The notes: a model not told the origin generated them from the sequence alone. A stretch of 36,596 nt of DNA from an uncultured Candidatus Saccharibacteria bacterium (GCA_964562905.1 CAZLVG010000002.1:1-36596); one strand, 5' to 3'; counted from the first letter of the stretch, positions 7,502 through 17,137 are shown. Numbers and translations: made by a program.

Positions 7502-10363
7502 ATGGCCACCAGGCGCCTCACCCCCCATAGAAGTTACCGGTATAACCAAGAACGCCGCGTGAGGAAGCCGGGCTGGCGGCGGCGCCTGCGTTCCCGCCTA
7601 ATACCGCTGGCTCTGACGACGGCGGGGCTGGGTTTTTTATTGGTGGCGGGAATGGTTTTGTGGTGGAGCAAAGATCTTCCAGATCCGCAAAATATCAGTG
7701 CCCGCTCGGTGATCCAGTCCACCAAAATCTTCGACCGCACCGGCACCCACCTGCTCTATGAGATTGGTGATATTAGGCGGACCAGGGTAGGGCTGGACCA
7801 AATATCGCCTCACTTGATAAACGCCACCATCGCCGCGGAGGACGACCAATTCTACCAGCACCGCGGCTTGGATTTTTTGGGCATTATCCGCGGCGTTATC
7901 TTAAAGCCTTTATCGGGCCGCAGGATACAAGGCGGCTCCACTATCACCCAGCAGCTGATCAAAAATTCCATCCTAACCCCCGAACGCACGCTGCGCCGCA
8001 AGGCCAAGGAGGCCGTGCTAGCGTTGGAGTTGGAGCGGCGCTTCTCCAAAGATGAGATTCTGGAAATGTATTTGAACGAGATTCCTTACGGGTCACAGGC
8101 TTACGGAGTAGAGGCCGCCAGCCAAACCATGTTTAACCAACGCGCCTCCCAAGTTTCCCTGGCCGAAGCCTCCGTGCTGGCCGCGTTGCCCAAAGCTCCT
8201 ACCTACTACTCGCCCTACGGGTCTCACTTTGAAGACTTAAAACGGCGCCAAGAAAGCATTCTGCAGCGCATGGTTAAGCTTAACATAATAACCCAACCGG
8301 AGGCGGACGCCGCTAAGCAAGTAGAGCTTAACTTTCAACCCAGGACGGAGTCCATCTCCGCTCCTCATTTTGTGTTTTATGTCAAAGAGAAGCTGGAGGA
8401 AGAGTACGGACAGCGCGTCATAGAGCAAGGGGGTTTGCAAGTTACCACCACGCTAGATTTTAGGCTCCAAAAAATAGCGGAGGATACCTTAAGCAAGCAC
8501 CAAGAGTCGCTTAACTCACTCGGTGCTTCCAACGCCGCCCTGGTGTCCACAGACCCCGGCACGGGAGACGTTCTGGCTATGGCGGGGTCCTTGGATTACT
8601 TTAACAAAGACATTGACGGTAACGTTAACGTGGCCGTGCGCCATCGCTCGCCCGGTTCCTCCCTTAAGCCATTCGTGTACGCCGCTGCCTGGCAAAAGGG
8701 CTACACGCCGCAGACCCTACTGGTGGACGCCGCCACCGATTTCGGCCAAGGGTACCAGCCAGAAAATTACGACGGCCAGCAGCGCGGTCCGGTTTCCATG
8801 CGCTCCGCCTTAGCCAACTCTATGAACATACCGGCTGTTAAAGCGCTTTATCTGGCCGGACTAAAAAACGCCACCGACCTGGCGCAGAGCGTGGGTATGA
8901 CCTCTTTAAATGATCCCGAGCGCTACGGCTTATCACTGGTTTTGGGCGGCGGCGAAGTGCGTCTATTGGATGAAGTCTCCGCTTACGGGGTGCTGGCTAA
9001 CGATGGGGTGCGCCATCCCCACCGCGCCATACTCAAAATAGAAGACGGTCAGGAGACACTCTTTGACGCAGCCGAAGAAGGCGAGCAGCCTGGCGGGGAG
9101 CAAATCATCTCCCCGCAGCTAGCCCGGCTCGTCACCGACGTGATTGCCGACAATGCTGCCCGTTCGCTCACTTTTGGCTCCAGGAGCCCCCTGCAGCTGG
9201 GCCAGCGCCCGGTAGCTGCTAAAACGGGCACCACCCAGGATTATCGTGACGGTTGGACTTTAGGCTACACACCTTCTCTAGCCGCTGGCGTTTGGACTGG
9301 TAATAACGATAACTCACCTATGGGCGAATCCTCGCCGGGGGTGCGCACCGCGGCTCCCATCTGGCACGACTTTATGGCTTCCGCGCTGGAAGGAACCCCC
9401 ATAGAACAGTTCGCCGAGCCTGAACCCATAACTGGCATTCGCCACTCTATATTGCGGGGGGAGTTAGCGGAAGTTAAGGGCAAGTGGGAAAAGGAAACCG
9501 GCCTTGTCTACGCGCTCGACTGCCCCGTCAACATTGGACAGCCCACTACTTTTAAAGAATTGCACAGTATCCTCTTTTACGTACGCCGGGATAACCCTTC
9601 AGGGCCTCCCCCCGCCCACGCTGAAAGCGACCCCCAATTCAAAAGATGGGAGGAAGGGGTGGTTGTTTGGCGCGACCAACACAATGAGAAGAATAAGGAC
9701 AACCCCGACCAGCCGCGCTATACCCGCTCCCTACCTACACCAACCTGTGATATGGCTAACCTTGAAGATTTGCCCAAAATTACCATCACCGAACCCAACA
9801 CTTCTATACTACGAGACAGCCCGACCACGGTGCGGGTAGAAATTGATTCCCCTAAACCGCTAAAAGAGGTGCGCTTCCTTTTTGACGGTAAAGAAATTGC
9901 CAAAATGGAAGGGGACAAAAACTCTTACGGCACGACTTTATCCTTTCCTGAAGACTTCTCGGGCCGTAAAACATTATTAGTGTTGGGCGTCACCGAGAAT
10001 AACCTAGTAGGCAGGGCCCACCGCACCTTTGCTGTCAACCCCGACGGCTCCCCGCCGTCAGTAACGCTCCACGCCCCGCGCGACGGCAGTCAGCTGCGTG
10101 CTGAAGACTTTCCACTGACGGTTAAGGTAACCGCCAAAGACGACAACGGTATTGAATTGGTCGATGTCCTGTTTAGTAAAGAGGGTGATAGCGGCACCAG
10201 CCGAGTGGGGCGCACGTCAGAGTTGGCGCCCATCGCGCCCCACCGCTACGAGGTTGTCTGGCCCGACTCACCTGGTCCGGGCGCCTACACGGTTTACGCG
10301 GTAGCCTACGACAAAACGGGTAACGTGGCTCGCTCGTCCGAACACCGCCTCGTTATTGAGTAG
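7502..10363 (+). CDS. Class A penicillin-binding protein (GT51 transglycosylase + transpeptidase) with a C-terminal Ig-like extension
   Basis: 953 aa with an N-terminal TM anchor. GT51 motifs: AAEDDQFYQHRGLD, GGSTITQQL and RKAKE. Transpeptidase motifs: SPGSSLKP (SxxK), NSMN (SxN) and KTGTT. The last roughly 250 aa look like two beta-sandwich domains. Confidence 0.95.
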   Translation: MATRRLTPHRSYRYNQERRVRKPGWRRRLRSRLIPLALTTAGLGFLLVAGMVLWWSKDLPDPQNISARSVIQSTKIFDRTGTHLLYEIGDIRRTRVGLDQISPHLINATIAAEDDQFYQHRGLDFLGIIRGVILKPLSGRRIQGGSTITQQLIKNSILTPERTLRRKAKEAVLALELERRFSKDEILEMYLNEIPYGSQAYGVEAASQTMFNQRASQVSLAEASVLAALPKAPTYYSPYGSHFEDLKRRQESILQRMVKLNIITQPEADAAKQVELNFQPRTESISAPHFVFYVKEKLEEEYGQRVIEQGGLQVTTTLDFRLQKIAEDTLSKHQESLNSLGASNAALVSTDPGTGDVLAMAGSLDYFNKDIDGNVNVAVRHRSPGSSLKPFVYAAAWQKGYTPQTLLVDAATDFGQGYQPENYDGQQRGPVSMRSALANSMNIPAVKALYLAGLKNATDLAQSVGMTSLNDPERYGLSLVLGGGEVRLLDEVSAYGVLANDGVRHPHRAILKIEDGQETLFDAAEEGEQPGGEQIISPQLARLVTDVIADNAARSLTFGSRSPLQLGQRPVAAKTGTTQDYRDGWTLGYTPSLAAGVWTGNNDNSPMGESSPGVRTAAPIWHDFMASALEGTPIEQFAEPEPITGIRHSILRGELAEVKGKWEKETGLVYALDCPVNIGQPTTFKELHSILFYVRRDNPSGPPPAHAESDPQFKRWEEGVVVWRDQHNEKNKDNPDQPRYTRSLPTPTCDMANLEDLPKITITEPNTSILRDSPTTVRVEIDSPKPLKEVRFLFDGKEIAKMEGDKNSYGTTLSFPEDFSGRKTLLVLGVTENNLVGRAHRTFAVNPDGSPPSVTLHAPRDGSQLRAEDFPLTVKVTAKDDNGIELVDVLFSKEGDSGTSRVGRTSELAPIAPHRYEVVWPDSPGPGAYTVYAVAYDKTGNVARSSEHRLVIE

Positions 10364-10634
10364 CGGTAAGCTTCTTCAATTTGTAATTCAGCTGCTGCCT
10401 TAAGGCCTGCTTAAGGCTATATTCCAGCAAGTAGACTTCTTGCCTGGTAGCGGGCGACACCGCCCGCACTAGCGCGCTGGCGCTTTTAACCGACTCACAG
10501 TAAAGCCGGTTGGTGTTAGTTTTTTGTTTTAAATAACCCTCAATAAAACTCTTGGCCTCCGCCTCGTAGAAAATAGCTTCTTGGCCTTGTTTTCCTCGGC
10601 TGTGGATAATGGAGCCGACTCTTTGGAATGGCAT
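10353..10634 (-). CDS. DUF721/DciA-like small protein (conserved position after recF)
   Basis: I prefer the ATG at 10634 (MPFQRVGSI..), 6 nt after the recF stop. The track ORF starts at 10700 and would overlap recF by 61 nt. The assignment rests on position after recF and on the pattern ..RLYCESVKSASALVRAVSPATRQEVYLLEYSLKQALRQ. Its end converges on and overlaps the PBP stop by 11 nt. Confidence 0.55.
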   Translation of the reverse strand: MPFQRVGSIIHSRGKQGQEAIFYEAEAKSFIEGYLKQKTNTNRLYCESVKSASALVRAVSPATRQEVYLLEYSLKQALRQQLNYKLKKLTATQ

Positions 10635-10639
10635 ACTTT

Positions 10640-11794
10640 TTATCGGGCCGCGGCCGGTTGGCGTGCTTCCTCCCGAGCGGGCAAGTTGTCTTTTGTCCAC
10701 TCTTTTGACCCAGCCGCCACCCGCGATGAAGAGGTAATAATGGATCGCAGATCCAACAGATAAACGTCATTCCTGTTTTGCAGTCCGGACGGTAGGCTGG
10801 TACAGGTGAGTATGGCTTGGGTGGAAGGAAGGTTTCTGACTAACGCCTTCTGCCTGCCCTCGTCCAACTCACTTAACACGTCGTCCAGCAACAGTACCGG
10901 CTTTTCTCCCGTTACTTGTGTTAAATAGTTGTGGGCGATAAGTTTCAGGGCCACTATTAAACTCTTCATTTGACCCCCAGAGAAAGAGGCTTGCACCGGC
11001 CACCCCTCCGCGGAAATAACTAGGTCATCCCGGTGGGGGCCGCGGGTGGTGTGTCCAAACCTGCGCTCACGCGAGAAGGCCCCGGTCAACTCCCCCACAA
11101 AATCTTCGGGGTGTTCGGCTCCTTTCTTTAAGGTTATTCCCAGCCGGCAATACTGATCCGACAGTTGGCCATACCCTTCCGTCAACTGTACCCCTATCAT
11201 AGAGGTAAAGCTTTCGCGATAACGCCATAACACCTCCGCCTGTTTCGCCAGTAATTCCGTCCAGTTTTGTACGTCAGCCGCATCACCGGCATTTTTCAGC
11301 GCCCAGTTTCTCTGCTTTAAAATGCGGTAATACTGCACCAAAGCCGACAGGTATTGAGGGTGTGTTACTAACACCTGGTTAAGAAAGTTACGCCTAGAGC
11401 TGGGACCACGTTTCAAAAGAAAGGTGTCGTCGGGTAAAAGCAGCACCATGGGGTAATGAGAATAAAATTTGACCGCTGACACCGGCTCTCCGTCCTCTTC
11501 TATGCGCAGTTTGCGGGAAGGTTGATGGTATTTCACGCCAATACTCCTGGTTCCGCTCTCGCCTCCGGCCTCGCCTCGCAAGGTAAAGCCGTCTTCGCCC
11601 CACGTTATACACTCTTCCAGTGTGCGCGCCCGCCACGAACGCCCCCGGAGCAAGACGCTGACCCCTTCCAGGAAGTTGGTTTTACCCATAGCGTTGGGCG
11701 CGGCCGCCACCAATAAGCCGTCTTGTGGAAACTGCACCTCTTCTACTTTTGCTAGGTTGCGAAAATTCAGCAGGCTAAGGTTTTTTACGTTCAT
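10640..11794 (-). CDS. recF: DNA replication and repair protein RecF
   Basis: 384 aa. MNVKNLSLLNFRN, Walker A APNAMGKTNFLE, the signature FSGGQMKSL and Walker B LLLDDVLSELD. The last roughly 30 aa form an atypical tail. Confidence 0.95.
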   Translation of the reverse strand: MNVKNLSLLNFRNLAKVEEVQFPQDGLLVAAAPNAMGKTNFLEGVSVLLRGRSWRARTLEECITWGEDGFTLRGEAGGESGTRSIGVKYHQPSRKLRIEEDGEPVSAVKFYSHYPMVLLLPDDTFLLKRGPSSRRNFLNQVLVTHPQYLSALVQYYRILKQRNWALKNAGDAADVQNWTELLAKQAEVLWRYRESFTSMIGVQLTEGYGQLSDQYCRLGITLKKGAEHPEDFVGELTGAFSRERRFGHTTRGPHRDDLVISAEGWPVQASFSGGQMKSLIVALKLIAHNYLTQVTGEKPVLLLDDVLSELDEGRQKALVRNLPSTQAILTCTSLPSGLQNRNDVYLLDLRSIITSSSRVAAGSKEWTKDNLPAREEARQPAAAR

Positions 11795-11806
11795 AAAAAC
11801 AATTCT

Positions 11807-12907
11807 TTAAACTTGAATAGGCATAACCAGGTACAGCTGGCGCGTCCGGTTGTCGGCGGGGCTTAAAACTAGGGGGTCGCTGGCCCCTTTTAGCTTCAAC
11901 TGACACTGGTTGTCCTGTAAATGCTGCACCCCTTCCAGTAAGTATTGAATATTAAACACCGCCTCAATGTCCTCGCCCTCGCCTTTAAACCCTACCACCA
12001 CCCTGCCCTGGCCCGCTTCTCCCCCTTCCACTTGCGCTACCAATTTCTTTTTCGCGGGCTGTACGGACAAAGAAACGCGCCGCGACTCCCGGGGTAGAAA
12101 CACACTAAGTACTTTAAGGGCTCGCGCTAACTCGTATGTGTCCACCTTTCCCTTAGTGGTAAATGAATCGGGTATGATTTGCTGGTAGTTGGGGTAGGAC
12201 CCCTCAATAAGCCGGGAGGAAAGGTAGACCGACCCTCCTCTAAAGACCACGTAATTCTTTTGTATGAGGAGTTCCACCCGCTCCGAGCCGCTAAAAAGGC
12301 GACTAACTTCTTGCGCCGCGGCTACTGGCAGTAAAAAGGTAAACCTTCCCTCTTCTTGGGTTTTTATTTGATATTCAGCTAAGCGAAAACTGTCAGTGGC
12401 CGCTAAACAGATGGTGGGCTTGTCGCCGTGAACGCGCACGCTGTATATTTCCGGGCGTGTTTCGTCTTTAGCCGCCGCAAACACAGTGTTGCTTAGCGCC
12501 TGGTGGAATAGTTTTCCGTCTATACTCACAACTTCTTCTTTTTGGGGGGTGGGCAGAATGGGAAAGTCGTCGGCTTTGGCGATGGGAAAAGAAGAGGAAA
12601 ACCTTTTTGTGGCGACGGTTAGCTTATTCTTTTTTTTCTCCAAGACAATAGGGGTGGTAGCTGGCAGTTGTTGTACGTAGCTCAAGAAGCGCCGGGCTAG
12701 CACGGTGCATTTACCTTCCGCTTCAGCCTTACCCCCCACGCCCACGTGGGCTCCTACCTCTAAATCCGTGCAGGTGAGGTGTAGGATCCCACCCTCAACC
12801 TCCATTAGCACGTACTGTAGGATGGGTAGCTGGGTGTTTCTCCCCGCCAGCGGTGATACCGCCGACATTCCCTTAAAAAGGTTTTCTTGCGTGCATATAA
12901 ACTTCAT
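11807..12907 (-). CDS. dnaN: DNA polymerase III beta sliding clamp
   Basis: MKFICTQENLFKGMSAV...LPILQYVLMEVEGGILHLTCTDLEVG is typical DnaN. I prefer the ATG at 12907. The track start at 12919 is a TTG inside a DnaA box. Confidence 0.95.
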   Translation of the reverse strand: MKFICTQENLFKGMSAVSPLAGRNTQLPILQYVLMEVEGGILHLTCTDLEVGAHVGVGGKAEAEGKCTVLARRFLSYVQQLPATTPIVLEKKKNKLTVATKRFSSSFPIAKADDFPILPTPQKEEVVSIDGKLFHQALSNTVFAAAKDETRPEIYSVRVHGDKPTICLAATDSFRLAEYQIKTQEEGRFTFLLPVAAAQEVSRLFSGSERVELLIQKNYVVFRGGSVYLSSRLIEGSYPNYQQIIPDSFTTKGKVDTYELARALKVLSVFLPRESRRVSLSVQPAKKKLVAQVEGGEAGQGRVVVGFKGEGEDIEAVFNIQYLLEGVQHLQDNQCQLKLKGASDPLVLSPADNRTRQLYLVMPIQV

Positions 12908-13166
12908 ACAAAATAGCAATTATCCACACTTAATTAGCCTTACTAATAAGTATTAAAACTAATTTTTTACTTTTAGTCGTGTTAGTAGTAAGCATTAAAA
13001 TTGTGGAAAACCAAGATTATTACCCACACCTAGCCAATTAAAAGTGGAAAAAGGGTGCATAAATAGTGAGAAAAACTGTGTACAGGATGTAGATTGTCGT
13101 GTGTGTGAAAACAGTTCTTATTATCACATACAGACGAAATCCACACCTGGTACACAAATTATCAAC
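12908..13166. other. oriC-like region (dnaA-dnaN intergenic): DnaA boxes, DnaA-trio-like TAGTAGTAA, AT-rich unwinding candidate
   Basis: Perfect TTATCCACA at 12920..12928. Variants: TGTGGAAAA 13002..13010, TTACCCACA 13020..13028, AGTGGAAAA 13043..13051 and AAATCCACA 13137..13145. TAGTAGTAA lies at 12983..12991 next to the 13002 box. A very AT-rich stretch spans 12929..13000. Confidence 0.7.
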
Positions 13167-14582
13167 TTAGGCGTATAAACGCTCACGGATAAAGTTTACC
13201 TCCCTTAACACCTCTTCGTCGTGCTCCAATAATTTTTCTATCTTTTCACAGGCGTGCATGGCTGTGGTGTGGTCTCTTCCTCCAAAATACTCGCCTATAG
13301 TAGGGAAAGAAACATTGTTTTCCTTGCGTAAAAGATACATAGCTATTTGACGAGGGCGCACCACTTCTTGTTTGCGAGATTTACCGCACAAATCTTCACT
13401 GCTAACCGTGTAATGGGAGCTGACCGTAGTAATAATGTTTTTATAATCTACACTTTTTTGTCGCGGGCGCTCCATAACCCCCTCCAAAACCTTTTTCACG
13501 TAATTTAGCGTGGCCCGCTTCTTGCTTAACTGGCAGTGCGCTAAAACTTTGTTAATAGCGCCTTCCAACTCCCGCACGTTTTTTTGTATGTATTTAGCAA
13601 TAAACTCCAGCGCCTCATTATCAAAAATATCCTCGCTTTGCCCCAGTTTTTCCTTAATAATAGCTAAGCGGGTTTCATAGTCGGGTTGTTGGATGTCAGC
13701 GATCATCCCGCCCGTCAGGCGGGAGCGCAAACGCTCCTCAAAAGTGGGGAGGGCTTGAGGCGGGCGGTCGCTGCTTAAAACTACCTGCTTACCCTGGCCG
13801 TGCAGCGCGTTGTAGGTGTGAAAGAGTTCTTCTTGTGTTTTCCCTTTTCCAGCCAAGAACTGTACGTCGTCTATGATAAAGACGTCAACGCTGCGGTAAT
13901 AGCGCTTAAAGAGTTGGGTAGTTCCCTCGCGGATGGATTGAACAAACTCGTTAATGAATTTTTCCGACGACACGTACAGCACCTTAGCGGCCGGCTCTCG
14001 TTTTAAAATTTCATTGCCGGCTGCCTGCAGTAAGTGCGTTTTGCCCAAACCCACACCTCCATAGATAAAAAGGGGGTTGTAAGTCTCTCCCGGCTTCTCC
14101 CCTACCGCCTTGCAGGCGGCGTGGGCAATTTCATTGCTGGGGCCAACCACAAACAAATCAAAAGTGTATTTAGGGTTCAATGTTTTGGACAGCTCATTAA
14201 CCCGCGCCGTGGCTGGGGGTGATAATACAGGCGCAATGCCAGCCCCTTTTTTGTCGGCTTCCCCTTGTTTATTCTTTTTGTGGGCCAAAATGTGAAAGTT
14301 TTTTCTAAGGGGCTGCTGCGTTCCCGCGCTTGAACGTATAACGAATTCCACTTTACTGATGTGGCTGTCCAGACCTCTAAGAACGTCCAATATGCATTGG
14401 CGGTATTTTTTTGTTAACCATTCGTATGTAAAGGCGTTGGGTGTTTCTATCACCACCAGGCCGCCTTGCCGTTTTTGAATGCCGGTGGACTGAAACCAGG
14501 TTAAAAAATTACCCTGGCTGACCTTAAGCTCTAGCTGGCCAAGTGCCGCTTTCCACAACTGTTCCTTATTCATAAGACCCAT
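13167..14582 (-). CDS. dnaA: Chromosomal replication initiator DnaA
   Basis: Walker A GGVGLGKTHLL, Walker B VFIIDDVQF, and C-terminal domain IV motifs (RPRQIAMYL, FGGRDHTTAMHA). Likely start at ATG 14582 (MGLMNKEQLW) or 14573. The track GTG at 14606 abuts a DnaA box. Confidence 0.96.
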   Translation of the reverse strand: MGLMNKEQLWKAALGQLELKVSQGNFLTWFQSTGIQKRQGGLVVIETPNAFTYEWLTKKYRQCILDVLRGLDSHISKVEFVIRSSAGTQQPLRKNFHILAHKKNKQGEADKKGAGIAPVLSPPATARVNELSKTLNPKYTFDLFVVGPSNEIAHAACKAVGEKPGETYNPLFIYGGVGLGKTHLLQAAGNEILKREPAAKVLYVSSEKFINEFVQSIREGTTQLFKRYYRSVDVFIIDDVQFLAGKGKTQEELFHTYNALHGQGKQVVLSSDRPPQALPTFEERLRSRLTGGMIADIQQPDYETRLAIIKEKLGQSEDIFDNEALEFIAKYIQKNVRELEGAINKVLAHCQLSKKRATLNYVKKVLEGVMERPRQKSVDYKNIITTVSSHYTVSSEDLCGKSRKQEVVRPRQIAMYLLRKENNVSFPTIGEYFGGRDHTTAMHACEKIEKLLEHDEEVLREVNFIRERLYA

Positions 14583-14606
14583 GCTCGCCGATAAATAATA
14601 GCACAC

Positions 14607-14650
14607 TTTTCCACAGATAAGGAACCCTAAAAATTATCCACATATCCACA
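14607..14650. promoter_or_regulatory. DnaA-box cluster upstream of dnaA (second origin/autoregulatory segment)
   Basis: TTTTCCACA at 14607..14615, perfect TTATCCACA at 14634..14642 and the abutting ATATCCACA at 14642..14650, all in the same orientation. Confidence 0.65.
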
Positions 14651-14822
14651 AGAGCCACTTGCCTACCCGTATTAAGGGCAACTCCTTTACCTGTTATTTT
14701 GAGGCCATCTAAAGCCCGCGGCGGAGCGGGTCTTCCAGGGCTACATTCTGCGAGAGGTTGGCTAAGACAAGCCAACTTGCCGCCGCTGGCGTTAAGTACT
14801 TTTGGGTGAGGAGTTACGCAAT

Positions 14823-14851
14823 TTGACCACGATCGCTTAACTATGTACAGT
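14823..14851 (+). promoter_or_regulatory. Candidate promoter for rpmH (TTGACC - 17 nt - TACAGT), implying a near-leaderless transcript
   Basis: TTGACC at 14823..14828 and TACAGT at 14846..14851. The rpmH ATG lies at 14860. Pattern match only. Confidence 0.3.
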
Positions 14852-14859
14852 TATCCAAC

Positions 14860-15009
14860 ATGCCTAAACGAACTTATCAACCAAAAAAAAGACGACGAGC
14901 CCGCCGCCTGGGGTACCTTGTGGAGAGAAAGCGCCAGCGCCGCCAGGGCGTTGTGGCGCGCCGACGGCGAAAAGGCCGCCGGCGCCTATCCCCCAATGCT
15001 GCCTCGTAA
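14860..15009 (+). CDS. rpmH: 50S ribosomal protein L34
   Basis: Not in the ORF track (49 aa). My translation is MPKRTYQPKKRRRARRLGYLVERKRQRRQGVVARRRRKGRRRLSPNAAS, which follows the L34 pattern M.KRTYQP.K..R....GF..R......G..V...RR.KGR..L. It has the classic position upstream of rnpA. Confidence 0.9.
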   Translation: MPKRTYQPKKRRRARRLGYLVERKRQRRQGVVARRRRKGRRRLSPNAAS

Positions 15010-15340
15010 AAACAGGCTGGTTCACCGCAAAGATATCCGGGCCGTGCTGCGCCAAGGCAAGACAGTAGCGTCGCCATTTACCCGCATCTACTGTCTTGGC
15101 GCCGGTCAAACCGGCCGCGGCCGGGCGGCCCTAGTGGTGGGCAGGAAAGTTTCTCCTAAAGCCACCACCCGCCACAAATACCAGCGCTGGCTTCGGGAAA
15201 TAGCTCGGGATGTTATAAATAGACAAGGGGCGTCCTGCGACATGGTTTGGGTGGCCTTGCCTGCAATTGCCAAACTAAAAAACCAGAATGATTTGCGGAA
15301 AAAACTGCGCCCGTACCTAAGTAAACTCTGTTCAAAATAA
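14996..15340 (+). CDS. rnpA: Ribonuclease P protein component
   Basis: MLPRKNRLVHRKDIRAVLRQGK...ALVVGRKVSPKATTRHKYQRWLREIAR is the RnpA pattern. The start ATG at 14996 overlaps the rpmH end by 14 nt. The first 51 codons of the 165-aa track ORF are an out-of-frame read across rpmH. Confidence 0.9.
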   Translation: MLPRKNRLVHRKDIRAVLRQGKTVASPFTRIYCLGAGQTGRGRAALVVGRKVSPKATTRHKYQRWLREIARDVINRQGASCDMVWVALPAIAKLKNQNDLRKKLRPYLSKLCSK

Positions 15341-15354
15341 CACGCGGACAACGA

Positions 15355-15672
15355 ATGAAGGCCCAAAAAACAAGGCTTAACCGGTTGGCGGCCGTGACCA
15401 AGGAGGCAGTAACCAAGCTAGTGGTGGGCGGAGCTTGGCATATGATTGCCTGGTACCAGGTCACTTTGTCTTTAGACCACGGCCCCTTGAAACATCTCTT
15501 TCCCGGCGGGGTATGCCGCTATACGCCAACCTGCTCCCAGTACGCCCAGCAATGCCTGCGTCTGTACGGGTGGCGGGGCTTCGTCTTTGCTGCCAGGCGC
15601 CTGCTTCGCTGTCACCCTTTAGCGCGAGCGGGCTATGACCCAGTGAAGCCTCCCCCCAACAGCGAGTGTTAG
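15355..15672 (+). CDS. yidD: Membrane protein insertion efficiency factor YidD
   Basis: IAWYQ...GGVCRYTPTCSQYAQQCLRLYGWRGFVFAARRLLRCHPLARAGYDPV is the YidD signature. The N-terminal extension is longer than usual. Confidence 0.9.
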   Translation: MKAQKTRLNRLAAVTKEAVTKLVVGGAWHMIAWYQVTLSLDHGPLKHLFPGGVCRYTPTCSQYAQQCLRLYGWRGFVFAARRLLRCHPLARAGYDPVKPPPNSEC

Positions 15673-15799
15673 TGGATCTATAGCTATCACATCATGAAAT
15701 ACTACTCTTCTAAACAGGTGGCGCGGTCCGGAGGCGCGGGGCCGCGATAAGGGCTCGTCACAAGCGTAGCGGCATTCATAATGTTACCTCTATAACCCC

Positions 15800-16546
15800 A
15801 TGAACCCCCTTTACTTTATTTATCACGAATTGCTATTTCGCCCCTTGTTTAATTTGCTGGTGGGGACCACGGCCTTGCTGCCAACCCACAGTGTTGGCGT
15901 GAGCATACTTATCGTAACCGTGCTGGTTAGGGTTATTCTTCTGCCTCCCTCTCTTCACCAGGCTAAGCAGATGCGAAAAAATCAGGCGAAAATGGGCGAG
16001 GTTAAAGATAAACTCAAAGCAATTCAAGAAAAGCACAAAAAAGACAAAGCCAAACAAAGAGAGGAAACCATGGCCGTGTACCGTGAAGCTGGCATAAATC
16101 CGGCCAGCGGCTGCCTGCCGCTGCTCATACAACTGCCGATACTGATTGCCTTGTACCGCGTGTTCCTGATTGGACTTAACGAGGAAACCTTCACCAACTT
16201 GTATTCTTTTATTTCTCCTCCGGCCGCTCTTGGCACCACCTTTTTTAGCATTGATCTGACTCAAGCCAGCCTGGCGCTGGCGGTTACGGCCGGGGCATTC
16301 CAGTTGATATTAATGCGGATGGCGCGCTCCTCCCCTCCCCCCGCGCCGGCGCAAAACGATCAGAGCGCCCAAATGATGGCTTCCATGCAGAAGAACATGA
16401 CGTATATTTTCCCCGCTATGACCGTTTTTATCGCCATGCAGCTTCCCGCGGCCCTGGCGCTGTACTGGGTAGCCTCCACAATTTTTGGTATAGTACAGCA
16501 GTACATCTTTAAATATTTAAAAATATCGGGAGCACCAGTCATGTAA
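15800..16546 (+). CDS. yidC: Membrane protein insertase YidC (short form)
   Basis: 248 aa. The pattern is ILLPPSLHQAKQMRKNQAKM..L..IQEKHKKDK.K...E.M.VYREAGINP..GCLPLLIQLPILIALY. It has the conserved position after yidD. Confidence 0.93.
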   Translation: MNPLYFIYHELLFRPLFNLLVGTTALLPTHSVGVSILIVTVLVRVILLPPSLHQAKQMRKNQAKMGEVKDKLKAIQEKHKKDKAKQREETMAVYREAGINPASGCLPLLIQLPILIALYRVFLIGLNEETFTNLYSFISPPAALGTTFFSIDLTQASLALAVTAGAFQLILMRMARSSPPPAPAQNDQSAQMMASMQKNMTYIFPAMTVFIAMQLPAALALYWVASTIFGIVQQYIFKYLKISGAPVM

Positions 16547-16553
16547 AAATAGT

Positions 16554-17081
16554 ATGGATAAACCCGCCACTACCATACCCACCGCCCCCGCTCTCCTTAA
16601 CCATCAGGAAGCCGCGCTCATAGAGGAGCATGTGCGCCGCCTGATGTGCGTTATGGGGTTTGAGGAGGCCAAGGTAAATTGTTGTCTGCGGCACGGTGCC
16701 AGGGAGGAGGACGGTGGGCATTTGCGCATAGCCATTAACGCTGGCGCTGCGGGACGCATGTTAATAGGTGCCCGCGGCAATCATCTGGCTGCTTTGCAAC
16801 ACGTGATCCGTTCCCTTTTACGCCATCAAATTAAGAAAAGTTTCAGGGTTACCGTGGACGTAAACAACTATCTGGCCGGGCGCGAGCGAAACGTGCTGCG
16901 TCTGGCTGAAGAGGCGGCCCGCAAAGTACGGCGCACTGGACAGGCAATCACCCTCCCTCCTATGGGAGCGGCCGACCGGCGCATGGTGCACAACTCTTTG
17001 TCCTTTCGCAGTGACGTCACTACTGAAAGCAGGGGCGATGAACCGCGGCGGCGGGTGGTGATAAGGCCGGTGTTTATCTAA
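16554..17081 (+). CDS. jag: Jag/KhpB-type RNA-binding protein (KH + R3H)
   Basis: The C-terminal LPPMGAADRRMVHNSLSF..DVTTESRGDEPRRRVVIRP is the R3H module. It follows yidC, as is canonical. Confidence 0.88.
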   Translation: MDKPATTIPTAPALLNHQEAALIEEHVRRLMCVMGFEEAKVNCCLRHGAREEDGGHLRIAINAGAAGRMLIGARGNHLAALQHVIRSLLRHQIKKSFRVTVDVNNYLAGRERNVLRLAEEAARKVRRTGQAITLPPMGAADRRMVHNSLSFRSDVTTESRGDEPRRRVVIRPVFI

Positions 17082-17110
17082 ACACCCAGCACAAGCGTGC
17101 TCACAGTCCA

Positions 17111-17137
17111 GCCGCCTTTTGGGAATTAAAGGGCGGC
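17111..17137 (+). terminator. Candidate stem-loop after jag
   Basis: GCCGCCTTTT (17111..17120) pairs with AAAGGGCGGC (17128..17137) around a 7-nt loop. The downstream U-run is interrupted (CAGTGGTTT), so this is weak. Confidence 0.3.

Noticed and set aside
10640-10700. recF/DUF721 61-nt overlap as a frameshift or fusion
   Set aside because: An ATG at 10634 gives a DUF721-like start 6 nt after the recF stop, so the overlap is most simply an over-extended ORF call.
14843-15340. The 165-aa track ORF taken as one gene
   Set aside because: Its first 51 codons are an alternative-frame read across rpmH (14860..15009). The real rnpA starts at ATG 14996.
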